A stretch of 64,000 bases of DNA, taken from Octopus sinensis. Lineage: Eukaryota. Below, in pieces: positions 29,423-44,888 of this stretch. The first letter of the stretch is position 1; each line of letters opens with the position of its first letter. The position numbers and the translations under genes were made by a program. The DNA is taken from NCBI RefSeq assembly GCF_006345805.1, contig NC_043004.1, positions 16,926,001 through 16,990,000 on the forward strand, given 5' to 3'. The notes beneath the pieces were generated by a model, which was given only the letters and a program-made list of their open reading frames with translations, made no database searches and was not told the origin of the DNA.

Positions 29423-30492
29423 TTTTTGTGTATGTAACTAACTCCCTTTCTAAATATTCCCTATCTATTGCATATGGACGCTAACCTGTTCATTTCTCCA
29501 TCGTTAATTCCCCTCCCACTAAAGAAGAAACAATTCCGTAGCCATTATAGAAAAATGAAAGCACCTTCTTGAAAAATAATCACACCGAATTTCCAGGAGT
29601 AAAACGAGTTCTTTGCTCCATAAGATAATCTACTCAGTAGAAGTTTGCCTATAAACACCATTTCATTCGTTTTCTCATGTAATAATACCCAACATGTCAC
29701 CAAGTTTAAGGTCAATTCGATGTGTTTGATTGTTTTTGCAGAGTTTTATCAACTGCAAATGTCTGCACCAGAATTCTGTAAGACAATAACTTAATATTCC
29801 CTTTCTTCTCTAAACTTCCAGAAAAGTCTTTACCGTTAATCTGTTTGACCCAACTAACCTGAGTGGTTTCAGTCACAAATCTCCCTATACGTTCATCTGT
29901 ATAAGCTGCAGAACAAATTTGCACAACACCAAACTCCACAGTTGATTAACTCACAGGAATTGCACTTCTTCACAAGCTGACATTTCTACCAACAATTCTG
30001 GAAGAATGGAATCGTTTGTTGCGCCACACGACAATTCATGCAATATGGCTATCATTAAATTAAAAGATGCATCTGTGCATCGTACATTCTGCAAACTACA
30101 TTTGGATTTTCTGCTGCGGTTTCGGATTTCGAGAACCCAGCTATTTAACTTTTATCTGTCTAAATTGTATTGTAAATAGCATCCATGATCAAGTCACTTC
30201 ATTTGCTGACTGATTTGATTTGAATTTTACTTCGTAAACTGCATAACATTTCTCGCAGTCATTTATAGCTGTAGCTACCTTGTTACCTTGCAAACAATAT
30301 CTCTACAAAAAGAATCACTCAGTCGCTACACCACTACAGGTAGCGCCATATGTATTGCCTCTATCACTCTCAGACAACAATTTCTTAAACTGGTCAGCTG
30401 GCTTCTATTCTCATTAAATCTCTCGCTTTTCCGCACTCTCTCTCCTCTTCTCCTTTTCTGTCTCTCTCTCTCTCTTTCTCTCTCTCCTTCTT

Positions 30493-30567
<75 letters not shown>

Positions 30568-32750
30568 AGTTGTATTTACTCCCATTTTCTCAGACTGAGT
30601 GAGTTATATGACCCTTTTAACACTCTTACTTTGAATTCTCAAACGATTCAGACTTTTATCTAATTAAAATTCTTCTAAATTAGCAAACACCATATCACAC
30701 TTACTCAGTTCGTTTCTCCACCCACTCAATCCTCAGAAAATGCACAAATGCTTGTCAACCACCTAACCAAGCGCTAAACACATCAGTCACACCTGCCTCT
30801 ATTTGATTGTAACTCAACTGAAATACAACCCTTAGCTAAACGTCATAAAGCTTCAGAAATAAATCCTTACATGCACTTCTCATCAATATAGAGAGCCCTG
30901 CGTACTGTATGAGTGTGTTTGTTTTTTCTTCCCTGGCTTAGATACAAAAATATATAAAAATGAAACCTTTATGTATTTTACATTGACTTTAAGTACATTT
31001 AATACGAGTAATAATCACTTTAACCGTCGATCCTATTAGAATACTTTGTTATATCAACTCCAGAAAATCAGAAATGTAAATCTGACTTCGGTGGAATGGG
31101 ACCTTAGAACGTAGAGGGCCACTCTAAAAATGCCGAAACGCATTTCTCCCACACTCTGACGAATTTGTTAACTAATCGCTCTCGCATTCTGTATAGTAAT
31201 CTAAGTATATTTATACAAAATTATCATACAGATATATTTATAATTTAACATAATTCAGAGACAGATCACTATAAATAGTCTGTGATATAAGCTACATTTG
31301 ATGTTATTAGGTTTAATGTTATTTTATTTATTAGCTAGTGTCACTTATTTTTATCCTAACGGGGTTTTCCCTGCGTAGTATTAAAACTCCGCTGTGCTAA
31401 TTCGCTCAAAATCTAAAAAATTCTTAATAAAAGAGAAACTAGAATAGCCACTTTGAATGACGTTGCTACAGAATAATCTAATTTAGTCTATTGTCTTATC
31501 GCCAACTCAATATCAAGTTTATGGTGAGATGTCGCTTTCTTTTACAGAGTGATAAAGTATTAATTCTTCACATTTCGCTTATTTGTGATTTCTTAATATA
31601 CGTATCAAATAACAAGACACTAATTCATAAAACAATTCTATGTCACCAGCATCAAACAAATTCAGTCGTTTGATCTTCGAAGTCGTGTCATTTGATATTT
31701 CTATGATTCATTCAAATAGTAATAGATTGGTTACGGTAGCATTATAATGTGCTTCATTATACGTATAATGCTGTGTAGCAAAAGTGACAGCTTTTCAGTA
31801 TTTTAGCTTATAATTTAGCTCTCTTGTGAAGGAGACTATTCAATTATTTTGAGGTATAATATTGTTAGTCTTCAGACACCAGCTCTAGGCGATTTTCATG
31901 GGGACAGTGTACTAATAGTATCAATAATTCGTACGTATGAATATATTGTATTATAATTCTGTTACGTATAGGTAGCAAGCTGTTGTGTCAACGTCGTTCG
32001 TAGAGCAAGGTTATTTTTGGAAAAATCTTCGTGAAATGATAAGAACTTACTCTAAAATACAGCTGCATTATTCTAGGTTATAATTCTACACATCAACGTG
32101 GAAACACACAGAACTATTTAACATGCATGCTTTAAGCGAATCTCCCACAATCTAATCCACTTGGCACTTCAAGATAAAATGCACTAAGGTTCGAACATCT
32201 CAAGGTCGACCAAGTCTTAATACATACCAAACTGTAACGTGGGGATTACTGACGTTCGAAAATAATTTCTGAAAAACATGTGACAAACTAATCCGAAAAT
32301 GTGGCAGATTCCTTTCTGTTCATGTTTCTTTCTTCTTCTTTCCATATTTTTTCCAAATTTTTTATTTATTTATGTTTTGTCTATTTTATCATTGCTTTAA
32401 AAGGTCTCTGGAAATTCGTTTCTTTATATATTCTTTCATTCATCTTCTGTTTTTGCCTGTTTTTCTCTTTTTTCTACACTAAAATAGATTCGTGGAAAAT
32501 ATGTACTTCACTGGAAGTCATCACTTGTAATAGCATTTTAATCTGATTACAACTTACATGTTTTCGATTCTGATTAATTTTTCTAAAGCACATAATAACT
32601 AAAACATCCTCTAGCTGAACAAAAATTTAAAATAGAAATTTGTTTTACCTATTTGAATACGGTTGCGAAAAATCTCTCAAGTAGATCCTTTATTGACTGG
32701 TGACCTTAGAAACGTTTAACCCATTGAAACCAGTATTTTATATACACATG

Positions 32751-32852
<102 letters not shown>

Positions 32853-33299
32853 GCGTGTATTTTTCCCTTGTTAACAATTAACACGGAAAAAGATATGAAT
32901 AGTTACCGGGGTAGCAAAAAATCACACAAGTAAAAAGGTTGTAACTCCTTGTTTTTAAAGGTAGAAATTTTCGGTTTACGTGAATTTTTTTTGTATAATA
33001 TATATAAATAAATAAATGGAGTTAAATGCAGTTGTTATTCAAAATCTTTTATTTCTGGTATTAGGATACCTCTGATGATATATCCTATAACGTTTTTTGA
33101 AACGATATTAATAGTGTTCAGTTAATCACTATACATATCCATCATTTTCTTTTAAAATGTCTTATTGACGAGTTCATTTCTGGTGCTCTAAGATGCGTTC
33201 ATACACAGATTGAAAAAAGTGATGAAAAGCCTTATATATATAAATATACACACAGATACATACACAGGTGAGCACACAATTGTACTCGACTACAAGAGG

Positions 33300-33633
33300 T
33301 AGACCAATTTATTACAGCTGCAAAATTATCAAAAAACTGTTACTCAGAGTTTCCCGTTCGTCGAACAGTTGTAATAAATCCTCTGGGAGCTCGGTCATCC
33401 ATAATAATGGTGGTAGATTTAGTACATCACAATATGTTGTCGTATGGATGCAGTACACATAGGACGAGAACAAGCCTCCGTCATCAGGGTTGTGAAGATA
33501 TCCATACGACAGCATATTTTGATGTACTCAATCTGCCAACATAATTATGGATCACCGAGCCGCCAGAAACAGCTGTTGAACTTATAACAGCCTTTTTAAT
33601 TTTCTCTGTGATTTGCACTGTATAAGTTGGACC
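33300..33633. repeat. Long fold-back (inner arms 33382-33449 / 33500-33567)
   Basis: 68-nt arms, 59/68 complementary by hand count, no indels; weaker outer arms. Confidence 0.9.
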
Positions 33634-35264
33634 AATTAATATAAAAATCTATATATTCATACATAAAAATTCATCATCTGAAAGTTTCCACATTTTGCTT
33701 CTTCTTGTTTTGCATGTATTCATATATACATATTTTGTATTTGATGTTTAATATATTTAATATATTCTGTTGTGTCTGGGGAGAGTCATTCTGTTTTGGC
33801 GCGTTATAATTTAACATACTCACCGGTAAAATTTCCACTTATTTTTTTCCTATTTTTCAAAAATTTTTGTTACGTCTTGCAACCTTTCAATAGAGTCATA
33901 TATATATATATATAAGCAAAGTCAAACACACACACTCAGAGTGTATGTTGTTAGTTTGTGCGTCGGCTGCGGTTTTTAGGCGTAAGCAAATATATTGTTT
34001 ATGCGCCAGGTTTAAAAGAAACCTGAAAGTCAGTCATAGTCCAGCGAGAGAACTCATATAGATCGCTTCTCGAAGCAACAGACATCGATGTTTCGTCACT
34101 GTTGTGCATTATCAATACCACATACTGAACAAGGCCCGCTTCAAGCCATATCGCCGACTTTGACTATATGATAATTTACTAGGGGGGTCTCTAAAGGATC
34201 TGAGAACAGCTGCTTGAAATAACCGAAGTTTTCCGTTATATCAAACCCTACAAACGTAAACTTAATGGAACGAAACATTAGATTATATAAACAAGTATGC
34301 TCTAAAAATGTTAAATGAAGAGCACATCAGATTTTCATTCCCAAGTCTAGCTTTATCCGAAACAACAACAAATACAAAAGCAGCAACGATTTCTGTTCAT
34401 TTACTGAAGTAATTATAACTGTAATATGAGTTATTTTAGTTTTTGTTTTTTTATTATTTAAGCTATTATGTTTTTTGGACATAGGTGCATAGTGTCATTT
34501 CCTCTAGCATGGCTGAATGCGAACATAAATTATTTCAATCGACAAGAACATCCTTCTAGACCCCTACTGAAAAAAATTTCCCAGATTATCATGGTACTGG
34601 ATGTATTAAACGAATACGCTAAAATGGTCGCTGTAACCATTTTCTTAACACATGTATCTCCAACATCACCAGATCTTACGGCAACAAAAATAAAGATGGA
34701 CGCTATTATTTTATTGATAAATAAGTGCGATCTCTAATTGATCTTAAGCATTTTTCTTCATTATTTTCTGGTTGACTTACTTCGTCAATCACGGAATTAA
34801 CTGGAGGTGGGTTTGTTTAGTGTGGAAGACTTTCTTTTATGTTGAACAATATAGTAGGTTTTCAGCTCCGGTCAACCATTCTCTCATCAATCATAGTTGA
34901 TATTTGCTTCTAAAATAAATTTACAAAGCAATATCTTATATTTCCGTCAAGATATAGTTAAAACGAAATAAATATTATTTCATCTTATCTACTTATTCTA
35001 CTTTAGAATGACGATTTAAATTACGATTTCGTAGATTCTATTAAATATTTACTTTGAAGGAGAGAAGAAGCATAACTTTTAAATGTCCTTCATGATGGTG
35101 TGGTCAACACTGCGGTCTTCTATTTTGAAATTTTGTGCGACGATACTTGTAAAAGATGTAGGTAAGAAGAGAATTACAGATAGTTGTAATTTGTTCTTTG
35201 GAGAAACTACTGGTATATTGGAGAGTATTGTAGTTCGCTTGAAGCATTGTGTATTTTTTGTAAA

Positions 35265-37616
35265 ATATATGTGTCTTGAATGTCACAACAATGGACTATA
35301 ATAACTGTTATAATTTAATTATCCACAGTCTGATGTAATAATGATATTTAGGAATACAAAATTTCCTCCTTCAGAATTCGCTAAGAATTGTTCGAGTCAA
35401 TACTATAATCGGTTTTCCAAAGGTTACTGAAATTTTTTCCCGAAGCGTCTCTGCAGTGGTCTCACGAAGCTCCTTCCGGAATACATCATGAGAAGTGCGT
35501 GAGCGGCCACGTCTCGAGATTGTCTTTGTTCGCACATCCGCAGCGCTTCTTCTAAGATATGTATTATACGTACAGCTTCTGTTTTTTCCCTCTTTCATTT
35601 TTCTTTTAATAATACATGAGCACGTTATCAAAAATGAACCTACACGCATCCAAATGTAGCTAAATAATATATTGGTTACCAACCTCCAGCCTGTTGTTAA
35701 TTTGGGGTCCTAGTCTGTCTGTGAGGATAGCTTCCTTAATTCTTAGATTACCCAAATTTCTTTCATTGGCCTCAGTTGTGACTATTATACTTTCGTCAGT
35801 GTTCCGGCATCTATCTAGATGTTTTCTGAAGGAGGAGGCTCTCGTGTTCAGATGTTCTGCGATGCGAATGTGTAACAGTCTTATTGTACTACCCACATAG
35901 AACTTATTGCATTTGTTACATTGTATTCTATACACAACATTTATCCGTTGGCATAAATCTGTGTCACAAATGGGTCAATTAGATAGTGTGCATTGATTGC
36001 TGACCCTTGCTCCTTTCTTTAGTAGGTGTCTTCTCAGAGAGGGGCCAGAGTGGGCTAGTTGTATGTCTAGTCCTTCTCTTCTTATTGCGCTTTGGATGGC
36101 TGTAGTTATCCTCTCGCTAAAATGGGGTATTTTAAGGAAGCATGGGTTGCTGGGTTTTCTGTGTGTTCGGCGTGTTTGTCGTCTTGGGTACTTAAGCCGA
36201 TTTACAATGGATATAGGGTACCTGTTGGTTTTCCATATCTCTATGAAGCATGTAGTGTGGGTCACCTTGTCCTCTGTTCTGCTGCACTTGCTCTGGATGC
36301 ATGCAAGTTCATTTCTGGCGTATCCTATTTTGGCACCTAGAGGAAGGGATGAACCGTACTGGCTGCTTTCCTGTAGAACTCGGTGTGGATCTCACCTTCT
36401 TCTGTTATTTTCAGTTGGAAGTTGAGTAGCGATAGGGATCCAGTGTAGTCGGGATGTTCTGTAGGAAACCGTATTTTCATGTCCATGTTGTTGAACTTCA
36501 TGAGTATTCTGTCTGCCTCTTCACGGGAGGATATAAGTATGAGGATGTCATCTACATACCTGGTGAAGAAGGCACATGAACGGCAGAGGTTGAGTGCTCG
36601 ACGTTCCAGATGGCTCATATAGGTGAAGACTAGTAGCCCCGAGAGACGGGATCCCATTGGGAGGCCTGTTGGTGTTTTTATATGTGATCATGGAAAGAGA
36701 AGTAGGTGTTGTCCATGATGATGAACAATAGTTGATGTATATTAGCTGCGGCGAGTCCGAAGCAGTGGATGCCGGACGCTACTATGCAGTCAGTCAATAG
36801 ACTGACTACCGGGTGTGCTTGTACCGTTGTGTATATTGAGACAGCGTCAAGATTAAAGGCGTATCTGTTTTGCCTGAGTTGGTCTAGGGGCAGTTGGTGC
36901 AGTCTTTTGTTCACTTCGTCGGAGTTCTTGATGTGACTAGAAAAGGTGGAGAGTATGGGTTTCAGGATGTGAGAAAGTGGCCAGGATATCTTATATAGAG
37001 GTTCTTCCACACTGGAGACGAAGGGTCTAATCCTTGTGTGTTTTAATGAGGTTATAGAATCTGGATAATATACTGTTCTTTTTAATGTTGTTCTTGTATT
37101 TGCTATGTAGTTGTCTCCGTCTACAAATGTTAGTCCATGGGGTGTTAATTCGTTTCTCAATCCTGGCCGCTGTTGTATTTGTCACTTCAGAATATAGTCC
37201 GTCATTGCTTGAATGTTCAGTACCAGTCTGTCGTAAATTTCACAATAAATCGCGCAGATTTCTTTCCTTTTATCTGATGGTAAGTAGATAAGGTTTTTAT
37301 TTTAGTTTTGTCAATGTTTAATGTTGTGCTTTGGTTAAGTTTGGTGTCAATTGTTTTCGATTCCTTCCTTAAGAGGAATTCCGGAAGGAGCTTCGTGAGA
37401 CCACTGCAGAGACGCTTCCGGAAAACAATTCAGTAACTGTTGGAAAACCGATTACAGTAGTGACTCGAACAATTCCTAGATCTGAAGAAGGAATTATTGT
37501 ATTCCGAAATATTAATATTATATCAGACTGTGAATAATTAAATTATAGCAATTATTATAGTCCATTGTTGTTATTACAGTGCATTGTTGTGCCATTCAAT
37601 GCACATTATATTTTAC
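35265..37616 (-). mobile_element. Penelope-like retroelement (RT + GIY-YIG) with inverted pLTR copy
   Basis: ORF fragments with DAVSIYT, MGSRLS, RYVDD, YRK and YRIQC..FYVGST..RIAEH..KEA..QIN; inverted repeats 35265-35482 and 37378-37616. Confidence 0.92.
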
Positions 37617-40600
37617 TGGGATATTGTTTAGTGCGATGTTTACAGTATGTGTGTGAGAGACATTCTAAATGATGAGAAAAAAGGATTGCTCTCGGATGAA
37701 TCTATATCAAGAATCCAGTAACGCAAATGTTACTGTATTCGTGGTTTAAAAAACAAAGGCCAAGGGAAGAAACATGAGTCGGTTTAAAATATTTTTTGCT
37801 GATTAGATTGCCGTGTATAATAATCGAACTAAAACTGATAATTTCGAAATAGAACCGATAAGAGCTGAAGTATTTTCTGGCTTTATCTTTTAGACGCAGT
37901 TTTCAAAATGTCATATAAGCTGTCACTGTAAGAAATCTTCTGAAATTTGGCGAAGTTCAGGATTGCACACTTTAAAGACTTTGAAGGGGCGCCATCATTG
38001 CTGGATATGTTATCGGGTTGAAAAGCTAGAGAAAGTTTACATTTGCCAAGTGTGTGTGTATGATAAAGAGAGAGAGAAACAGAAAAAGAGGGGGTGATAT
38101 GAATGGAAAATAACGGATACATTGCTGGATTAATCTGCAGCGGCACTAATAGCAGAGACATCTTATTTGAAAATAGTTATTGTAGATAGGGTTCGAACAG
38201 TTTACTCTAAGCCCCTTTAACAAAGAAAGGAAACATTCGCTTTTAAAGCAAAAAATGTGAGACACTAAACATAATTTGCTTTCTTAATGGTCGTTCTGCA
38301 GAGAGATATTGAAGTACAAACTATAAGAATGGTATTGATCCCCCTGTTAACTGTTTGCGGCGGGTCAGAGCTTTAGCACATTTGTTGTGTAGATAAAAAC
38401 AAGCATTATATAATGACTAACATATGAATTATACCTGGTCTAGTTATCATTATTCTACAGATGTTGAAAGGAATGCGACTACTGTTCACACCACTGTAGA
38501 AATCTCTTCCTATAACATTTACCAACAAAATCAATATCTTCTCTTTTTTCCACAAGAATCAACGACATCATAAGACTGTTGCAAAACGTAAAAATAATAA
38601 ATTTTCATGAAACTCCACTTTAAATTCTTCTACTCATGTATCAACCGATTCACAAGAGAAATATTTATGTCTAAGTTTAAGTTTTTAATGGCAAACTCAC
38701 AAATCCTAATAATATAAAATTATAACCCGAATGTATTAAATATTTTCGTGTCACATTGAAAAAAATATTTTCCATTTCAGTCATTTTTCTGTTCCCGCAA
38801 TGTAGATGCCAAAATCTCATGACTGTAACAAACTCCCGTTATTAACAGTCTCTCTAAACGACCTTAATTCCAAGGATATATAGCATGTTCAACGGGAGCC
38901 TGGTGCAGCCTTCTACCTCACCAGCCCTCAGTCAGACTATCCAGCCCATGCCAGCATGGAACAATAAATGCAACACCAATTCTAACCGAAACAAATAATG
39001 TAGGTTATTAAACCAATAATGTAGGTTATTAAACCAATAATACGGAAAACCAAGAAAACAACCCCGACTAAAATGAAATCTATAAACGTCAACAACACCG
39101 GAAAGTACAAGATTAATACGTTAGTTTAAAGATTAAATGGTCCATCATGTTTAAGACCTCGTACACTGTGAACTTATAATGATAATAATGCCGAAATATT
39201 GATAGGTATTTTAATGAATTACATTAAAAGAATCAGACATACTGGAAGAACTAAAGAGAAATTATGAAGTATACTCCCTAAGTGAATCACTATTATGAAA
39301 ACAGGTAACCATGAACATTACTAACCATGAACCATACTAACCATGAACATTAATCTTATGAACATTATTTAAATACAAATTCTATAAAGGCAAGATCTTC
39401 AGAAAAGTAATGATCCACGTGGTTTATAATTGTTAGAAATCTTGATAGAGGGCCGTTGTTTGGGGAATGATTATGAACACAGACATGATTAAGATGTCGG
39501 TATGTTAGTTTGCTTCCAGTATGGAAAGGGTATACCATAATATATGTGAGCTGTAAAACGACTACTTGAGATTCACAGAGTTTGTTTTCATCCAGAAAAA
39601 GCTTACACCTCTTTATACCTTCTGTTTTCCATGTATGTATGAGGATATATATTTTTCGTTTTCTTCTATAGAAACTAGATGATTGTGATTCTGTTTAACC
39701 AATGCACATTTATATATTATTAGAAGTAGTGGCATCATTTACAAAAAAAAAAAGATTTCATACGGAATGTAGACATAAATTCCGACATTTAATGCATGGT
39801 AATGGAATTAACGCTGTAACATATTTTGGATCACATATTTAAAGAAAACAAAAAGAATTTGGTTTTAATTTGGCAGTGCATCAAAGGAATTAAATGGGGT
39901 AATTATTTTAACTTCGGCCAGTTATAACTCATAAAATGCTTAAGTTATTCAGCATTACGAGCTATTACTAATATTTAGATTTTTATTCCTGATGTAATGT
40001 TATATTCTAGAATATGATATCAGAATTCTGTTTTAAGTGTCACTTTGAATTAGAAATCTATCAGGTAGCCGATATATGTATTTTTAATACATCACTTGAA
40101 AGATGTATAATCATCACAGACCCTGGTTGAATAAATTGAATTGTTAATCAACCTTCCAATTTCTCCTCTCTGAACTAGAAACATATCATGCAGTGTGATC
40201 ATCCATATGTGAACAGCCTGTTCGAATTACTAAGTATGAACTGAGGCAGTTGCTGACAATTGCGATGATGATAGCTTCGAAGTTTTACATCATGAATTAC
40301 AAATTTTTCTTTTCATTTAGGAAAATTGCGGAACTGCATGGCAAATAGTTATCAGGTCAATGGATTAAGTTTGCTATTTAGGATTTTAGCAAAAACTTTT
40401 ACTGCATAAAAATGGCAGTAAAATAAAATGTAAACTAATTAACATATATTTTTTGAATTTGTTATATAATATAAACTACGAATCCATACATTTGTTTTAA
40501 ATTCTCCATTTTTACGAGTAAAATCAATCCTTGTTAAACCAATTATATAATTTTCGTGTTATTTTATAATTTGTTAGTTATTTTAGTTATTCCGCAATTA

Positions 40601-41138
40601 AGTGTTATGGTGGGGGTATCCAATTGAAAAGCGCGTGGAATAATGATGATTCATTTCATTATTTATCCTGTAAAAGATTATACCAAACGAAATTGTGAAC
40701 ACAAAACCTTTTCAACAAATCTACATGTTACGAAAAACATTGTTATCACCCGTTATTCATTCTTGCATATCACCTCATGAACCATTACAGAATAATATTT
40801 CTCTAGTTTTCTAACCACTTTTATCTTTCATATAAAACTAGGCTTCACGCGTGCTTCCTTGTCAAATTCAGAAGTCAAACAAGCGAAAATGATGTTTCAA
40901 TTATCATACACAACTCCACAAACATTACACATATTTGTGAACTCAACAAGCATCACAGATATGAATATGGCAGAACAAATAACATTAAGATCACTATATG
41001 CAAGTTACACAAACGCATACTAAAAGAGACAAGGGAATGACACTAACCGACTATAAACGCCATTATTTCCTTCAAATAAACCTGCTTTTAATAAAATATA
41101 GATTCCTAATATTTGGTAAGAGATACATTTTATGGATG

Positions 41139-41196
<58 letters not shown>

Positions 41197-41487
41197 ATGT
41201 AATATAATTTATTTCAGTGCATTAGAAGATCAGAGGGAAGACAGGGGAAATTCGAGCTTACTGTACCAGAAAATTTGGAAAGCATGTAATTCATAGAGAG
41301 AAGGGACGACAAGATGTCCAGTATTGCTGTGGTTTGATCTATATTGGTGACCTATTCAAGTGGATGACCTATTTGTTTATACAAAAGTGTACATTATTCC
41401 AGTTCTACATTTAAGAGATGGAGTATTATGTGCATTATTTATATTATTTACATTTGACGGATATTTGTCCTCCTCTTGTTTGTTGTT

Positions 41488-41533
41488 AGCACAACGTTTC
41501 GGCTGATGTAACCTCCAGCCTTCATCAGGTATC
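41488..41533 (-). ncRNA. Minimal hammerhead motif
   Basis: GATAC-CTGATGA-A-GGCTG..CAGCC-GAAAC-GTT-GTGCT; ACGT palindromic stem III. Confidence 0.65.
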
Positions 41534-41571
41534 TTGGGGAAATTTAATTTACTGCTTCAAATGCCCGAATT

Positions 41572-41817
41572 GTGAAGAAATATACGTTGGCCAGACTGGG
41601 AATGCATTATCGGCGGCACGTTCATGAGTTCACCGACAACAAATTAGCGTCTTCTGATGTCCTTCGAATCTCATTAAGCAACCATCTAGCAACATGTGAT
41701 CGGAAAATGTTTATAATATACCAGTTCTACAAACTACACAACTCAAGTGAAATCGAGAGAAAAGTCAGAGAAAAGAATTCTATAGATAAATACAAATCCG
41801 TCTTAAATGAACAATAA
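41572..41817 (+). mobile_element. Penelope-like GIY-YIG C-terminal remnant
   Basis: LSNHLATC..FIIYQFYK..ERKVREKNSIDKYKSVLN; adjacent to an inverted hammerhead-bearing repeat at about 41380-41545. Confidence 0.65.
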
Positions 41818-41829
41818 TAGTCATTTCAA

Positions 41830-42035
41830 ATTTTTGCCACAAGAGCAGCTTGGGGGAGGTGGGGATGAGTCGATTACATCGATCACAGTGTTCAACTGGT
41901 ACTTATTTTATCAATCCCGAAAAGTTGAAAGGCAAAGTCAAACTCGGCGGAATTTGAGCTCGGAACGTATCAACAGCCGAAATACCGCCAAGTATTTTGT
42001 CCAGCATGCTAACGATTCTCCTAAGTCGCCGCCTT
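41830..42035 (-). mobile_element. SINE family B, diverged
   Basis: Reverse match to head and central domain. Confidence 0.75.
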
Positions 42036-42044
42036 TAAATGGAC

Positions 42045-43005
<961 letters not shown>

Positions 43006-43131
43006 TACATATACATATATCAATCTAGCAGTAACCCAGCATTGCTACAGCTCTGAAGCTGAAACTAGTAAAAGAGTAAATATATACACATTGAAAGAGA
43101 AAGAAGAAGATTCTGAATAAATGAAAAAATT

Positions 43132-43530
43132 AGGAGCGACTGTGTGGCAAGAAACTTTCTTACCAACCACATGGTTCCGGATTCAGTCCCACTGCGTGGC
43201 ACCTTGGGCTAGTGTCTTCTTCTATAGCCTGGGGCCGACGAAAGCCTTGTCAGTGGATTTGGTAGACGGAAACTGAGAGAAGTCCGTCGTGTGTGTGTGT
43301 GTGTGTGCATATGTCTGTGTGTCTCTGTATGTTCCCCCCTCCAACATCGCTTGACAACCGATACTGGTATGTTTACGTCCCCGTAACCAGCGGTTCGGCA
43401 AAAGAGAACCGATAGAATAAGTACTAGGCTTAGAAAGAATAAGTGCTGGGATCGATCTGCTCGACTGAAAAGGCGCTACTCCAGCATGGCCGCAGTCAAA
43501 TGACGGAAAAAAGTAAAAGAATAAAAGAAT
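43132..43530 (+). mobile_element. SINE family A, full length
   Basis: Collinear with 15760-16165. Confidence 0.9.
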
Positions 43531-43554
43531 AAATGAAATCTGAAACAATGTTGT

Positions 43555-43778
43555 CTATTCTATTCTCTTTTACGCCTTTACTTGTTTCAGTCATTTGACT
43601 GCGGCCATGCTGGAGCACCGCCTTTAGTCAAGCAAATCGACCCAGAACTTATTCTTTGTAAGCCTAGTAATTATTCCATCGGTCTATTTTGCCGAACCGC
43701 TAAGTTACGGAGACGTAAACACACCAGCATCGGTTGTCAAGTGATATTGGGGGGAGGGATAAACACACACACACACAC

Positions 43779-43818
<40 letters not shown>

Positions 43819-43981
43819 GACGGGCTTCTTTCAGTTTCCGTCTACCAAATCCACTCACAAGGCTTTGGTCGGCCCGAGGCTATAGTAGAAGACACTTGCC
43901 CAAGGTGCCACGCAGTGGGACTGAACCCAGAACCGTGTGGTTGGTAAGCAAGCTACTTACCACACAGCCACTCCTGCGCCT
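43555..43981 (-). mobile_element. SINE family A, full length, tail-to-tail with the previous copy
   Basis: Reverse complement of family A. Confidence 0.9.
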
Positions 43982-44408
43982 CCTATTCATAGTTAAATTA
44001 CTTTAAGAAGTCAATAACAATCATAACACAAATAACAAATAACACGAAAGAAACAAAAAATGATGCAGTGATTTTGTATTTTATTTAATAAGATTCACAT
44101 AGTTATTAATTCTACTTTATTCAAAACATTATTACACCTTAGTTAAACTAGTTACATACAATTTTTGACTTCCTCTCTTAAAATGGTTATAATAATATCA
44201 TTGCTTCTTTTAAAATAATTACATTCTTAAATTTTCTATACTTAAACTAGTTACAGTCATCTTTTCTTTTGTTAGAATGTTATTTGCTGCTACACAATTG
44301 GATATGGTAGTATTATTGCTGTTATTAATCTGGCAAAAAGAAAGTTATAATTGCGTCTGTTTCACCGGTCTGGTGTTATCCTTGACTGTCCTTCTAACCG
44401 TTATATTA

Positions 44409-44447
44409 TTACTGGGCGTTCTCCGGAATGCATGTGAACAGTTGAAA
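44409..44447 (-). CDS. Terminal coding exon ([12 protein letters not shown])
   Basis: Acceptor gattttgcag|TTT, phase 0, supplies the terminal Cys expected to pair with the Cys opening the LamG domain; AATAAA on minus near 44116-44121 and 44079-44084. Confidence 0.75.
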   Translation of the reverse strand, partial: FQLFTCIPENAQ

Positions 44448-44852
44448 CTGCAAAATCAAATATGAATAATTAAATATTGTGAATCGGTTAAAGTGATAAT
44501 TAATGAATAAACTAATGATGAATGTTCTTGCTATTATCACGATGTTGAACGTGCAGAAGTGAGAGGATAACGTTCTAACTTCATGACAGCATTCACCAGT
44601 TTCCTCGTTCGTTCTTACATTTCTCTCGTATTTCGAATGCACTGAAACGTTTACTGGACGTTTACAATGACCCAGTAGTTAGGGCAGCGGACTCGCGGTC
44701 GGAGGATTGCGGTTTCGATTCCCAGACCGGGCGTTGTCTGTGTTTATTGAGCGAGAACACCTAAAAGCTCCACGAGGCTCCGGAAGGTGGGGGGCGACCC
44801 TTGTTGTACTCTTTCGCCACAACTTTCTCTCACTCTCTCTCTCTCTCACTCC

Positions 44853-44888
<36 letters not shown>

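Noticed and set aside
28850-30850. Possible decayed L2/CR1-type LINE
   Set aside because: Only a weak YADD-like echo (HLYGKD); boundaries undefinable.
33460-33490. CTGATGA on minus inside the long hairpin loop as a hammerhead
   Set aside because: No GAAA or stem III follows.
37894-38573. Short plus-strand exon-like segments near 37894, 38301 and 38461
   Set aside because: Plausible splice sites but no recognisable protein or consistent chain; expected by chance in AT-rich DNA.
44665-44735. tRNA-like sequences at SINE heads
   Set aside because: They continue into SINE bodies and lack intact cloverleaves; not tRNA genes.
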